From an uncultured Solirubrobacterales bacterium (GTDB lineage Bacteria > Actinomycetota > Thermoleophilia > Solirubrobacterales > 70-9): a stretch of DNA of 64,000 bases. Location: the NCBI GenBank assembly GCA_963758665.1, contig CAVWWH010000012.1, positions 14,040 to 78,039 of the forward strand, in the 5' to 3' direction. Below are positions 31,131 to 40,331 of the stretch, piece by piece; position 1 is the first letter of the stretch; each line of letters opens with the position of its first letter. The translations under genes were made by a program, and so were the position numbers. Below the pieces are notes generated by a model. The model was not told the origin of the DNA. It was given only the letters and a program-made list of their open reading frames with translations, and did no database searches.

Positions 31131-31621
31131 GTCATCGATCACCTCGCAGGAACCGCCGGCGCCCTCGATCTTCTCCTTCGCCGCGGCACTGAAGCCGTGG
31201 GCCCGCACGGTGAGCTGCTTCGTGAGCTCGCCGCGGCCGAGCACCTTGACCGGAGCCTGCGCTTGGCCAGGCCGGCGGCGCGCAGGGTCTCGGGCGTCAC
31301 CTCCGCTCCCGCCTCGAAGCGGGCCTCCAGATCGGAGAGGTTGACGGGCTGGCTGTAGGTGCGGAAGGGCTCGAACGGCATCGACTTCTTCATCTTCGGG
31401 CCGCGCAGCTTGCGCATCCGCATGTGGATCGGGTTCTGGCCGCCCTCGTAGCCGCGCTTTCGTTTCGCGCCCGAGCGCGCTCCGGCGCCCTTGTGCCCGC
31501 GGCCCGCGGTCTTCCCCGTGCCCGAGCCCTTGCCGCGCCCGAGCCGCTTGCGCGACTGGGTCGCGCCCGGCTTCGGGCGGATCGAGTGCAGGCCGATGTC
31601 CTCCGGGTCGAGTCGGGCCAT
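31131..31621 (-). CDS. rplO: 50S ribosomal protein L15, reading frame broken near 31251-31264
   Basis: The frame of the ATG at 31621 gives [19 protein letters not shown]...GRGHKG...[13 protein letters not shown]. The conserved tail [40 protein letters not shown] is in the secY frame. Confidence 0.8.
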
Positions 31622-31800
31622 CAGTCCTTGACCTCCTCGACGAGGTGCGAGACCTTGGCCAGCGCACCGCGCAGCTGCGGGTTGTCGGTGAGCGTGGCAG
31701 TTCGGCCGATCCGGCCCAGCTTCAGCGTCTCGAGCGTCCCTCGCTGCTTGGGGCTGGCGCCGTTCGACGAGCGGACCTGGCGAAGCTTCACATCAGCCAT
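31621..31800 (-). CDS. rpmD: 50S ribosomal protein L30
   Basis: The internal ATG at 31800 begins [32 protein letters not shown]. Its stop overlaps the rplO ATG (TGATG). Confidence 0.9.
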   Translation of the reverse strand: MADVKLRQVRSSNGASPKQRGTLETLKLGRIGRTATLTDNPQLRGALAKVSHLVEEVKD

Positions 31801-32434
31801 CAGCGGGCTCCTCGGTCGGAGTCTCATCGGTGGCCACGGCAACGGGCTCGACCGGCGGCGGCGACTCGGCCTCCTCGGCGGCGTCGTTGGTCTTCACCGC
31901 CGTCTGCTGGAGGTCGAGGCCCAGCACCTGCCTGACCGACAGGCCCCGCAGCTTGGCGACGTCCTCGGGGCGACGCAGGCCGGTGAGGCCGTCCATCGTC
32001 GCCTTGACCAGGTTGATCGGGTTCTGCGAGCCGATCGACTTGGAGAGCACGTCGCGAATCCCGGCGAGCTCGAGCACGGCGCGAACGCCGCCGCCCGCGA
32101 TCACCCCGGTCCCGGGGCTGGCCGGGCGCAGGACCACATGGCCGGAGCCGAAGCGGCCGATGTTGCGGTGCGGGATCGTCTGGCCGTACTTGGGCACGCG
32201 GACGAGGCTCTTGCGGGCGTTCTCGACCGCCTTCTGGATCGCCAGCGGGACCTCGCGGGCCTTGCCGTAGCCGATCCCGACCACGGAGCTCTCGTCGCCG
32301 ACCGCGACCAGGGCGGTGAAGGAGAACCGCCGGCCGCCCTTGACCACCTTGGCGACGCGGTTGATCTCGATCACCCGCTCCTGCAGGTCGAGCCCTTGGG
32401 GGCTGACCAGCTCGATGTCGTGCCTGGTCTTCAT
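31793..32434 (-). CDS. rpsE: 30S ribosomal protein S5 (with a roughly 45-aa acidic C-terminal tail)
   Basis: Contains [28 protein letters not shown]. The tail is [38 protein letters not shown]. Confidence 0.9.
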   Translation of the reverse strand: MKTRHDIELVSPQGLDLQERVIEINRVAKVVKGGRRFSFTALVAVGDESSVVGIGYGKAREVPLAIQKAVENARKSLVRVPKYGQTIPHRNIGRFGSGHVVLRPASPGTGVIAGGGVRAVLELAGIRDVLSKSIGSQNPINLVKATMDGLTGLRRPEDVAKLRGLSVRQVLGLDLQQTAVKTNDAAEEAESPPPVEPVAVATDETPTEEPADG

Positions 32435-32456
32435 CGAGTCCGTGAAGGTAGCGGGT

Positions 32457-32810
32457 TCAGAACTTCAGCCCGCCCTCTCGGGCGCCCTCGGCGAGCGCCC
32501 TTACGCGACCGTGGTAGCGGTAGCCCCCGCGGTCGAAGACGCAGCTCTCGACGCCCGCGGCCTTGCCGCGCTCGGCGATCAGCTCGCCGACCCGCTTCGC
32601 CTGCTCCATCGGCCCAAGCTTCCGCAGGTCCGGCTCGATCCACGAGACCGCGGCGACGGTCGTGCCCGTGCGATCGTCGATCAGCTGCGCGAACAGGCCG
32701 CGATTGGAGCGAAAGACCGAGAGCCGGGGACGCTCGGCGGTGCCGCTGATCTTCGCCCGCACGCGGCGGCGACGACGGAGGCGCTGCTTGGGCTTGGTGG
32801 TGACGCTCAT
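32457..32810 (-). CDS. rplR: 50S ribosomal protein L18
   Basis: Contains [26 protein letters not shown] and GGYRYHGRV. Confidence 0.95.
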   Translation of the reverse strand: MSVTTKPKQRLRRRRRVRAKISGTAERPRLSVFRSNRGLFAQLIDDRTGTTVAAVSWIEPDLRKLGPMEQAKRVGELIAERGKAAGVESCVFDRGGYRYHGRVRALAEGAREGGLKF

Positions 32811-32821
32811 CGATCCTCCCG

Positions 32822-33355
32822 CTAGGCGCGCTTCCCGACTTTGCGGCGCACGTGTTCGCCCTCGTAGCGGATCCCCTTGCCCTTGTACGGCTCCGGCGGG
32901 CGCACGCGGCGGATCTGCGAGGCGATCTCGCCGACGAGCTGCTTGTCGATCCCGCGCACGATCACCTGGGTCGGCTGCGGGACCTCGAACTCGATCCCGT
33001 CGGGGGCGGGGACCGAGACCGGGTGCGAGTAGCCGACGCTGAGCTCGAGCGCCTTGCCGGCGAGCTTCGCCCGGTAGCCGACGCCCTGGATCTCGAGTCG
33101 CTTCTCGAACCCCTCCGTGACCCCCTCGACCATGTTCGCGACCAGGCTGCGGGTGAGCCCGTGGATGGCGCGGTCGGTGCCGCGGTCCGTCGGCCGGCTG
33201 ACGGTCAGGGTGTCGCCCTCATCGACGATCTCCATCCTCGCCGAGACCGGCTGCTCGAGCTCGCCCTTGGGCCCGTTGACCGTCACGCGGCCAGGGCCGA
33301 GCGAGACGGTGACGCCCTCGGGGACCGGGATTGGCTGTTTTCCGATTCGACTCAT
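32822..33355 (-). CDS. rplF: 50S ribosomal protein L6
   Basis: Starts [17 protein letters not shown] and ends with [12 protein letters not shown]. Confidence 0.95.
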   Translation of the reverse strand: MSRIGKQPIPVPEGVTVSLGPGRVTVNGPKGELEQPVSARMEIVDEGDTLTVSRPTDRGTDRAIHGLTRSLVANMVEGVTEGFEKRLEIQGVGYRAKLAGKALELSVGYSHPVSVPAPDGIEFEVPQPTQVIVRGIDKQLVGEIASQIRRVRPPEPYKGKGIRYEGEHVRRKVGKRA

Positions 33356-33362
33356 GGATCTC

Positions 33363-33383
33363 TCGTTGCTCGGTGCTCGGTGC
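33363..33383 (-). repeat. three tandem heptamers (mRNA GCACCGA GCACCGA GCAACGA) in the rpsH-rplF spacer
   Basis: The plus strand reads TCGTTGC TCGGTGC TCGGTGC and fills most of the 27-nt spacer. Confidence 0.7.
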
Positions 33384-33778
33384 TACCAGACGTACGCGAC
33401 AACCTCGCCGCCGACGCCCTGGGCCTTCGCCTGGTGGCCCGTCATCACGCCCGAGGAAGTGGACACGATCGAGGTCCCCATGCCGCCCTGGACGCGCGGC
33501 ACGTCGTCGTGGGTGACGTAACGGCGGCGGCCCGGGCGCGAGACCCGCCGCATGCCGCTGATCACCGGCCGCCGGTCCTCGGTGTACTTGAGCTGAATCC
33601 GGATCACCTCGCCGATTGCCGTCGGCTCGACCTCGTACGAGTTGATGTAGCCCTGCTCGGTGAGGATGCGGCTCAGCTCCTTCTTCAGTCGCGAGGCGGG
33701 CACCTCGACCTCGGGGTGGTCGGCGGCAAGCGCGTTGCGAACCCGGGTCAGATAGTCGGAGATCGGATCGGTGAGCAT
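33383..33778 (-). CDS. rpsH: 30S ribosomal protein S8
   Basis: Starts MLTDPISDYLTRVRNA. 131 aa. Confidence 0.95.
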   Translation of the reverse strand: MLTDPISDYLTRVRNALAADHPEVEVPASRLKKELSRILTEQGYINSYEVEPTAIGEVIRIQLKYTEDRRPVISGMRRVSRPGRRRYVTHDDVPRVQGGMGTSIVSTSSGVMTGHQAKAQGVGGEVVAYVW

Positions 33779-33795
33779 CTGTCTCAGGGCTCCGG

Positions 33796-33981
33796 CTACC
33801 AGCTCGCCTTGCTCATCCCGGGCACGTAGCCCTTGTGCGCCTGCTCGCGCAGGCAGATGCGGCAGAGGCCGAACTTGCGGTAGTAGGCGCGGGAGCGGCC
33901 GCAGCGGCGGCAGCGGTTGTACCCGCGGGTCTTGTACTTCGGCGGCCGCCTCTGGGCGACCTTCTGTGACGTCTTCGCCAT
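33796..33981 (-). CDS. rpsN: 30S ribosomal protein S14, zinc-binding type Z
   Basis: 61 aa with CRRCGR...CRIC, ending in KASW. Confidence 0.95.
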   Translation of the reverse strand: MAKTSQKVAQRRPPKYKTRGYNRCRRCGRSRAYYRKFGLCRICLREQAHKGYVPGMSKASW

Positions 33982-33985
33982 CTGG

Positions 33986-34801
33986 CTACTCCTCTGAGCT
34001 CTCGTCGCTTGAAGTCTGGTCGGCGTCGCCGCCCTCGGCGGGCCCGCCCTCTTCGCCCTCTTCGCCCTCCTCAGGCCGCTCGCGCTTGGCGTAGGCCTCG
34101 GGGTTCTCCTCCTTGAGCTGCTCGAGGGCCGCGGCCTCCGCCTCGGCTCGGGCGCGGGCTTCCTCCTTGCGCCGCTCCTCCTCCTCCTCGGCGGCGGTGT
34201 CGACCTCGCCCGGGCGGCCCTCGGCCGCGAACGGCATCCCGAGCCCGAGCAGGAGCTCGAAGCCCTCCTCGTCGGTGGCCGCTGAGGTCGTGATCGCGAT
34301 GTCGAGGCCGCGGACCTCGTCGATCGAGTCGTAGTCGATCTCCGGGAAGATGAGCTGCTCGCGGACCCCGAGCGAGTAGTTGCCGCGACCGTCGAACGAG
34401 CGCGGGTTGAGGCCGCGGAAGTCGCGGATCCGCGGGATCGAGATCGTGATCAGCCGGTCGAGGAACTCCCACATCCGAGCGCCCCGAAGGGTCACGGCGA
34501 CCCCTACCGGCATGCCCTCGCGGAGCTTGAAGTTGGCGATCGACCTGCGCGCGCGGCGAACGCTCGGGTGCTGGCCGGTGATCGTCTCCAGCTGCTCGGT
34601 CGAGGCCTCGAGGATCGGGGTCGCCTGCTTGGCGTCACCGACGCCCATGTTGACCGTGATCTTGACCAGCCGCGGAACCTGCATCCCGCTCGTGTAGCCG
34701 AACTTCTCGGTCAGCCGTCCGACCAGCTCGGACTCGTAGGTCTCACGCAGTCGCGGCGGCGGTGCCGCCCTGCTCGTTTCTGTGGCTGTTGCTGCTTCCA
34801 T
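33986..34801 (-). CDS. rplE: 50S ribosomal protein L5 with a roughly 85-aa charged C-terminal extension
   Basis: The core is [16 protein letters not shown]...[18 protein letters not shown]. At 271 aa it compares with about 180 usual, and the tail is rich in E, A and R. Confidence 0.9.
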   Translation of the reverse strand: MEAATATETSRAAPPPRLRETYESELVGRLTEKFGYTSGMQVPRLVKITVNMGVGDAKQATPILEASTEQLETITGQHPSVRRARRSIANFKLREGMPVGVAVTLRGARMWEFLDRLITISIPRIRDFRGLNPRSFDGRGNYSLGVREQLIFPEIDYDSIDEVRGLDIAITTSAATDEEGFELLLGLGMPFAAEGRPGEVDTAAEEEEERRKEEARARAEAEAAALEQLKEENPEAYAKRERPEEGEEGEEGGPAEGGDADQTSSDESSEE

Positions 34802-34804
34802 GAA

Positions 34805-34828
34805 TCGTTGCTCGCTGCTGGTTGCTGG
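34805..34828 (-). repeat. heptamer-like tandem repeats (mRNA CCAGCAA CCAGCAG CGAGCAA CGA) in the rplX-rplE spacer
   Basis: The plus strand reads TCGTTGC TCGCTGC TGGTTGC TGG. The CA-rich character continues into the first rplE codons. Confidence 0.6.
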
Positions 34829-35167
34829 TTACTCGATCACCTTGCCGGTGCGCTTCGCGTAGCGCTGGCGGCGTCCGTCGTCGCCGACGCGTACGCCGAC
34901 CCGGGTGGGCTGATTGTCGGCGGGGTCGAGGAGCATGACGTTGGAGACGTCGATCGGCCCCTCCTGGTCGATGATGCCACTCGCCTGCGCCTTCTGCGTG
35001 TCCTTGACCGAGCGCGGCCGGGTGTGGCGCTTGACGATGTTGAGGCCCTCGACGTAGACGCGACGGCGATCCGGCTCGGTGCGCAGCACGCGGCCGGTCT
35101 TGCCCTTGTCCTTGCCGGTGATCACGACGACACTGTCGTCCTTGTGGATGTGCATGCCCTTGGCCAT
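34829..35167 (-). CDS. rplX: 50S ribosomal protein L24
   Basis: Starts MAKGMHIHKDDSVVVITGKDKGKTGRV (KOW motif). Confidence 0.95.
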   Translation of the reverse strand: MAKGMHIHKDDSVVVITGKDKGKTGRVLRTEPDRRRVYVEGLNIVKRHTRPRSVKDTQKAQASGIIDQEGPIDVSNVMLLDPADNQPTRVGVRVGDDGRRQRYAKRTGKVIE

Positions 35168-35169
35168 GG

Positions 35170-35538
35170 CTACAACACCTCCGGCGCCAGGGAGACGATC
35201 TTCATGAAGTTGCGCTCGCGCAGCTCACGCGCGACCGGGCCGAAGATCCGGGTCCCGCGCGGGTTGCTCTGCGGGTCGATCAGCACCGCTGCGTTCTCGT
35301 CGAAGGCGATGTACGTCCCGTCCGGGCGGCCGAGCTGCTTGCGCGTGCGGACGACCACCGCCTCCACGACCTCGCCCTTGCGGATCCCGCCCCGCGGGGT
35401 CGCCTGCTTGACCGTCGCCGTGATCACGTCGCCGACCCCGGCGTAGCGGCGGTGAGAGCCCCCCTTGACGCGGATGCAGAGGATCTCGCGGGCGCCCGAG
35501 TTGTCGGCCACCTTCAGTCGTGACTCCTGCTGGATCAC
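35170..35538 (-). CDS. rplN: 50S ribosomal protein L14
   Basis: Starts [24 protein letters not shown]. 122 aa. Confidence 0.95.
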   Translation of the reverse strand: MIQQESRLKVADNSGAREILCIRVKGGSHRRYAGVGDVITATVKQATPRGGIRKGEVVEAVVVRTRKQLGRPDGTYIAFDENAAVLIDPQSNPRGTRIFGPVARELRERNFMKIVSLAPEVL

Positions 35539-35542
35539 AGGC

Positions 35543-36196
35543 TCACCTGGCCCTCTCGAGGACCTCGACTAGGCGCCAGCGCTTGGTCCGCGACAGCGGT
35601 CGCGATTCGATCACGCGGACGATGTCGCCGGCGTTGGCGTCGTTGGCCTCGTCGTGGACGTGGATCGTCGCCGTGCGGCGGACGACCTTCTCGTACACCG
35701 GGTGGCGGCGGACGACCTCGATCCGGACGGTGATCGTCTTGTCGGCCTTGCTGGAGACGACCGTGCCCTGGCGAACCTTCTTCGACCCCGGAGCGCGCTC
35801 GGCCGGCGGCGTTCCCTGGCCGGGCTCGTGCTTGGTGCGAGCGCGCGCGCGGCTGCGGGTGCGCGCCGCGGCGGCCCCGGCGCGGATTGCGGCGCGCTCC
35901 TCGGCGCGCTCAGCGGGATCGCGCGGAGGCCTTGGCTCGCTGGTGTGGCGGGCGCGCTCGAGCTTGCGCTGCTGCTTGGGCGTCAGCGCCTCGGCGTCCT
36001 CGCCGTCGTCGGTGGGCGCGGCAGCGGCGGGAGCCGGCGCCTCCTCGGCCTCGGTCGCGAGCTCCTCAGGGGGCGCGTCCTCGGCAGGGGCGTCCTCGGC
36101 CGGCGCCTGCTCGGCGACAGCCTCCTCGGCAGGGGCGTCGTTGGCCGCCTCCACCTGCTCCTCGCCGGCCGCTTCGTTGTTCTCGTCTGCGCTCAC
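35543..36196 (-). CDS. rpsQ: 30S ribosomal protein S17 with a roughly 135-aa N-terminal extension
   Basis: The C-terminal core is [31 protein letters not shown]...[18 protein letters not shown]. The GTG start overlaps the rpmC stop (GTGA). The whole ORF has strong GC3 bias. Confidence 0.85.
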   Translation of the reverse strand: MSADENNEAAGEEQVEAANDAPAEEAVAEQAPAEDAPAEDAPPEELATEAEEAPAPAAAAPTDDGEDAEALTPKQQRKLERARHTSEPRPPRDPAERAEERAAIRAGAAAARTRSRARARTKHEPGQGTPPAERAPGSKKVRQGTVVSSKADKTITVRIEVVRRHPVYEKVVRRTATIHVHDEANDANAGDIVRVIESRPLSRTKRWRLVEVLERAR

Positions 36197-36402
36197 TTCA
36201 GTTCCTTGTCGATGTCAATTCCGCGCTCGCGGGCGACGGTCATCAGCCGCGCCAGGTCACGACGGGACCCGCCCAGCCCGGCGGTGTTCTCGAGCTCGCC
36301 GGTCGCGTGGCGGAAGCGCAGGTTGAAGACCTCCTCGCGGGCCTCCTTCAGCGACTGGACCAGGTCCTGGTCGCCGAGCGCGTGGGCGTCGGCGGCCTTC
36401 AC
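36193..36402 (-). CDS. rpmC: 50S ribosomal protein L29
   Basis: 69 aa containing [23 protein letters not shown]. Confidence 0.9.
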   Translation of the reverse strand: MKAADAHALGDQDLVQSLKEAREEVFNLRFRHATGELENTAGLGGSRRDLARLMTVARERGIDIDKELK

Positions 36403-36818
36403 TGGCCGACCCCCTCCCGGGTCACGATCTTGGTCCTGATCGGCAGCTTGTGGCCGGCGAGGCGCAGCGCCTCCTTGGCCAGGTCCTCGGGGACGCCCGA
36501 GAGCTCGAACATCACCTTCCCCGGCTTGACCACGGCGACCCAGCCCTCCGGGTTGCCCTTGCCGGACCCTTGGCGGGTCTCGGCCGGCTTCTTGGTGTAG
36601 GGCTTGTCGGGGAAGACGTTGATCCAGACCTTGCCGCCGCGCTTGATCTTGCGGGTCATCGCGACGCGGGCGGCCTCGATCTGGCGGTTGGTGATCCAGC
36701 CGCGGTCCACCGCCTTGAGGCCGTACTCGCCGAAGGCGACGCTCGCGCCGCCCTTGGTGTTGCCGCGGCGCTTGCCTCGCATCTGCTTGCGGTGCTTGAC
36801 CCGCTTGGGCATCAGCAT
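36399..36818 (-). CDS. rplP: 50S ribosomal protein L16
   Basis: The ATG at 36818 begins [15 protein letters not shown] and lies 12 nt after GGAAGGAGG. Confidence 0.9.
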   Translation of the reverse strand: MLMPKRVKHRKQMRGKRRGNTKGGASVAFGEYGLKAVDRGWITNRQIEAARVAMTRKIKRGGKVWINVFPDKPYTKKPAETRQGSGKGNPEGWVAVVKPGKVMFELSGVPEDLAKEALRLAGHKLPIRTKIVTREGVGQ

Positions 36819-36858
36819 CAGGAGCCGTGCCTCCTTCCGCGGCAGTGCGTGGGTGGGG

Positions 36859-37824
36859 TCACGGCTTATCACTCTCCGGCTTCGGTTCGGCCTCGGGCGC
36901 GGGATCGGCAGCCGCGGGGGGCTCGGGCTGCGCCTCGGCTGGGCCCTCGGCGGGGGGCGCCGCCTCCGCGGGGGGCGGCTCCTCCGCGGGTGCCGGCGGC
37001 TCCGCGGGTGCCGGCGGCTCAGGGGTCGGCGGCGATGCCTCGGGCGCCTGGGCCTCGGCCGGCCGGGAGGGCTGCTTCGGCGCGGGCCGGGACTGGCCGC
37101 CGCCGCGCTGGCCGCGTTGCGGGCCTCCCGGTCGGTCCCCTCGACGGCGGAACGACCGCGGAGCGAGCTCTTCCTCCTCGGCGCCCGAGCCGAAGCCCTC
37201 CGGCATCACCTCGCCCTTGTTGATCCAGCACTTGACCCCGATCCGGCCCGTGGTCGTCCGCGCCTCGACGAAGCCGTAGTCGATGTCTGCGCGCAGGGTG
37301 TGCAACGGCACCCGGCCATCGGAGTAACCCTCGGTCCGCGCCATCTCGGCGCCGCCGAGACGGCCCGAGACCTGCACCTTGACCCCCTTGGCGCCGGAGC
37401 GCATCGCCGAGGTCAGGGCGCGCTTCATCGCCCGCCGGAAGGCGACCCGGTTCTGCAGCTGCTCGGCGATCGACTGCGCGACCAGCTTCGCGTCGAGCTC
37501 GGGACGCTTGATCTCACGGATGTTCACCTTCACCGGCTTGCCGGTGATCTTGTGCAGATCGCGTCGCAGGGCGTCCACCTCGGCGCCCGACTTGCCGATC
37601 ACGATCCCGGGACGGGCAGTGTGGATGTCGACGGTGATCTCGCCGCGTTGCTTGACGATGTTGATGTCCGAGAGGCCTGCGTGCGAGAGCTTGCGCTCGA
37701 TGTGCTCGCGGATCGCGATGTCCTCGAGCAACAGGTCGGCGAAGTTGCGCTCGTCGAACCAGTTCGACTTCCAGTCGTGGATGTAACCGACGCGAAAGCC
37801 CTCGGGGTGGATCTTCTGTCCCAT
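36859..37824 (-). CDS. rpsC: 30S ribosomal protein S3 with a roughly 100-aa Pro/Ala/Glu-rich C-terminal extension
   Basis: Starts [23 protein letters not shown] and has a KH domain. The tail contains an exact 18-nt tandem duplication (36983-37018) encoding EPPAPA twice. Confidence 0.9.
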   Translation of the reverse strand: MGQKIHPEGFRVGYIHDWKSNWFDERNFADLLLEDIAIREHIERKLSHAGLSDINIVKQRGEITVDIHTARPGIVIGKSGAEVDALRRDLHKITGKPVKVNIREIKRPELDAKLVAQSIAEQLQNRVAFRRAMKRALTSAMRSGAKGVKVQVSGRLGGAEMARTEGYSDGRVPLHTLRADIDYGFVEARTTTGRIGVKCWINKGEVMPEGFGSGAEEEELAPRSFRRRGDRPGGPQRGQRGGGQSRPAPKQPSRPAEAQAPEASPPTPEPPAPAEPPAPAEEPPPAEAAPPAEGPAEAQPEPPAAADPAPEAEPKPESDKP

Positions 37825-37849
37825 CTGGCGGTGCTTCCTTCCTTCGTCC

Positions 37850-38221
37850 TCAGGCGTCCGTGGTCGGGGTCAGGGCCACCGAGAGGTGGCTGGTGCGCTT
37901 ATGGATCGGGGTCGCCCGGCCGCGCGCGCGAGCGCGCCAGCGCTTCAGCGTCGGCCCCTCGTCCACGCGGACGTCGGCAATCCGCAGGTCGTCGGCAACC
38001 AGCTCGTGGTTGGCCTCGGCGTTGGCCGCGGCCGAATCGAGCAGCCGGGCGAGGTCGCGGGCGGCGCCGCGACTGGAGAACGCGAGCAGGGTCCGGGCCT
38101 CATCGACCGGCAGACCGCGGATCTGGTCGGCGACCAGGCGGGCCTTGCGGGGCGCGACCCGCACGTAGCGCGCCTTCGCCCGCACCGTCGGCGCCTCGGG
38201 GTTCTCGGAAACCTCGGCCAC
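37850..38221 (-). CDS. rplV: 50S ribosomal protein L22
   Basis: Contains [22 protein letters not shown]. The GTG start overlaps the rpsS stop (TAGTG). Confidence 0.9.
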   Translation of the reverse strand: MAEVSENPEAPTVRAKARYVRVAPRKARLVADQIRGLPVDEARTLLAFSSRGAARDLARLLDSAAANAEANHELVADDLRIADVRVDEGPTLKRWRARARGRATPIHKRTSHLSVALTPTTDA

Positions 38222-38487
38222 TATCGCTCCCTTCCGCCGTGCCCGCGGTAGGTCCGGGTGGGGGCGAACTCGCCGAGCTTGTGGCCGACCATCGACTCGG
38301 AGACGAACACCGGCACGTGCTTGCGCCCGTCGTGGACGGCGATCGTGTGCCCGACCATCTCCGGGAACACGGTCGAGGTCCGCGACCAGGTCTTGATCAT
38401 CTGCTTCTGGTTTGCCTCGTTCATCTGCGTGATCCGCCTCAGCAGGCGCTCGTCGACGAACGGGCCCTTCTTCGTTGACCTGCCCAT
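38221..38487 (-). CDS. rpsS: 30S ribosomal protein S19
   Basis: The ATG at 38487 follows AAGGAGG. The product begins [16 protein letters not shown] and contains HDGRKHVPV. Confidence 0.9.
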   Translation of the reverse strand: MGRSTKKGPFVDERLLRRITQMNEANQKQMIKTWSRTSTVFPEMVGHTIAVHDGRKHVPVFVSESMVGHKLGEFAPTRTYRGHGGRER

Positions 38488-39344
38488 GAAAGCCTCGCTA
38501 CCTCCTTCTTCTTCCCGCGCCGGCGGCCGCGGAGGATCATCGCGTCCGAGCGCTTGCCCTTCTTGCGGGTGCGGTACCCGAGCGTCGGCTTGCCCCACGG
38601 GGTCACCGGGTGACCGCCGGGCGTCTTGTGCGCCTCGCCTCCGCCGTGCGGGTGGTCGACCGGGTTCATCGCGATCCCGCGGGTCTGCGGGCGCTTGCCC
38701 TTGTGCCGGTTGCGGCCGGCCTTGCCGATCTTGACGTTCTGATGCTCGGCGTTGGAGAGCGTGCCGACGGTGGCGCGGCAGTCCGCGCGCACCAGGCGCA
38801 TCTCGGAGGAGGGGAGGCGCAGCGTAACCATCGCCCCCTCCTTGGCGACCACCTGGATCGCCGAACCCGCCGAGCGCCCGAGCTTGCCGCCCTGGCCCGG
38901 CACGAGCTCCACGTTGTGGACCACGGTGCCGGTCGGGATCGCGCGCAGCGGCAGGGCGTTGCCGGGCCGGATGTCGGCCGAGTCGCCAGAGTTGACCGTC
39001 TCGCCCACCCTGATCCCCTGCGGGGCGAGGATGTAGCTCTTCGCTCCATCGGAGTAGTGCAGGAGCGCGATGTAACAGGTGCGATTGGGGTCGTACTCGA
39101 CCGATGCCACCTTCGCCGGCACGCCATCCTTGCGCCGCTTGAAGTCGACCGCGCGGTAGCGGCGCTTGGCTCCGCCGCCGCGGTGGCGCGCGGTGACACG
39201 GCCGCGGGAGTTGCGTCCGCCGCTGCGGCCCTTGCCCTTCGTCAACGCCTTGTGGGGCTCGTTGCCGCCGGTCAGCTCCTCGCGCTTCTGGTAGGTCGCG
39301 AAGCGGCGTCCCGGGCTCGTCGGCTTTGTCTTTCTCATCGCCAT
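38439..39344 (-). CDS. rplB: 50S ribosomal protein L2 (ORF runs 49 nt into rpsS)
   Basis: Starts [15 protein letters not shown] and contains [18 protein letters not shown]. The first in-frame stop is at 38439, past the rpsS start. Confidence 0.9.
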   Translation of the reverse strand: MAMRKTKPTSPGRRFATYQKREELTGGNEPHKALTKGKGRSGGRNSRGRVTARHRGGGAKRRYRAVDFKRRKDGVPAKVASVEYDPNRTCYIALLHYSDGAKSYILAPQGIRVGETVNSGDSADIRPGNALPLRAIPTGTVVHNVELVPGQGGKLGRSAGSAIQVVAKEGAMVTLRLPSSEMRLVRADCRATVGTLSNAEHQNVKIGKAGRNRHKGKRPQTRGIAMNPVDHPHGGGEAHKTPGGHPVTPWGKPTLGYRTRKKGKRSDAMILRGRRRGKKKEVARLSWAGQRRRARSSTSAC

Positions 39345-39375
39345 CTTCTGAAAGTCCCTCTACCTGGTTGCCGGC

Positions 39376-39672
39376 TCACTCCGCGACCGCCGCGCCCTCG
39401 AACAGCTCGATCCGGTCACCCGGCGCGAGCTGGACGATCGCCTTCTTCCACGAGCGGGTGGTGCCGCTGTGGAGCCCGCGTCGCTTCGGCTTCGAACGCA
39501 CCTTGATCGTCCGCACCTCGGCCACGCCGACGTCGAAGATCTCCTCGACCGCGCGACGGATCTGGGTCTTGTGGGCGCGATCGTCGACCCGGAACGTGTA
39601 CTTGCCGTCCGCCATCAGCGCGTAGCTCTTCTCCGAGACGACCGGCTCGAGGATCACCTGCCGGGGGTCCAT
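39376..39672 (-). CDS. rplW: 50S ribosomal protein L23
   Basis: The ATG at 39672 begins MDPRQVILEPVVSEKSY. It overlaps the rplD stop (TGATG). Confidence 0.9.
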   Translation of the reverse strand: MDPRQVILEPVVSEKSYALMADGKYTFRVDDRAHKTQIRRAVEEIFDVGVAEVRTIKVRSKPKRRGLHSGTTRSWKKAIVQLAPGDRIELFEGAAVAE

Positions 39673-40331
39673 CACGAATCGCCGCCTTCGGCGGACTCGT
39701 CGCTCGTCCGGCTGACATCGCCGACGCGCGCCTCGAGCGTCCCCAGAGCGGCCTGGCTGATCAGCAGCGACCGGTGGCCGATCACGTCGGCGACGCCCGC
39801 TGCCTCCGCGCCCAGCACGGTCACCGCCGGCAGGTTGCGGAAGCTCTTCGCCGCCGCCAGCTCGTCCTCGCCTGCGACGATCACGAGCGTCGGGCTCCCG
39901 GCCCCCCACTTGTCCAGCGCCTCGGCGGCGGTCTTCGTCGACGGGTCGGAGTACGAGGTGGCGTCGAAGACCGCGACTGAATCGCGGGCGGCGTGAACGG
40001 AGAACGCCGAGCGCAGGGCGCGGCGGCGGGCCTTGCGATTGACCTTGAACGCGTGCGAGCGCGGCTTGGGGCCGAAGGCCGCGCCGCCGCCGCGGCGCTG
40101 GGGAACGCTGAGCGCGCCCGCGCGGGCGCGACCGGTGCCCTTCTGCTTCCAGGCCTTGGCTGTGGTCATCGAGACCTCCCCCCGGCTGAGGCTCGAGGCC
40201 GTTCCCCGCCGGCGCGCGGCGAGATCCGCACGCGCGGCCTCGTGCACGAGGCTCTCGTGGAACTCCTCGCCGAACACCGCCGCCGGCAGCTCGGTCTTCG
40301 CCTGCTTGCCGAGCGTCCTCGCCTTAGCCAT
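39672..40331 (-). CDS. rplD: 50S ribosomal protein L4
   Basis: Contains KAWKQKGTGRARAGALSVPQRRGGG. 219 aa. Confidence 0.95.
   Translation of the reverse strand: MAKARTLGKQAKTELPAAVFGEEFHESLVHEAARADLAARRRGTASSLSRGEVSMTTAKAWKQKGTGRARAGALSVPQRRGGGAAFGPKPRSHAFKVNRKARRRALRSAFSVHAARDSVAVFDATSYSDPSTKTAAEALDKWGAGSPTLVIVAGEDELAAAKSFRNLPAVTVLGAEAAGVADVIGHRSLLISQAALGTLEARVGDVSRTSDESAEGGDS

Noticed and set aside
31065-31621. A genuine L15-SecY fusion protein
   Set aside because: The in-frame continuity depends on a frame break inside rplO and on the exact heptamer number. A fused ribosomal and translocon protein is biologically implausible, and the secY ATG gives a normal SecY N-terminus. It is reported as a junction anomaly, not as a fusion.
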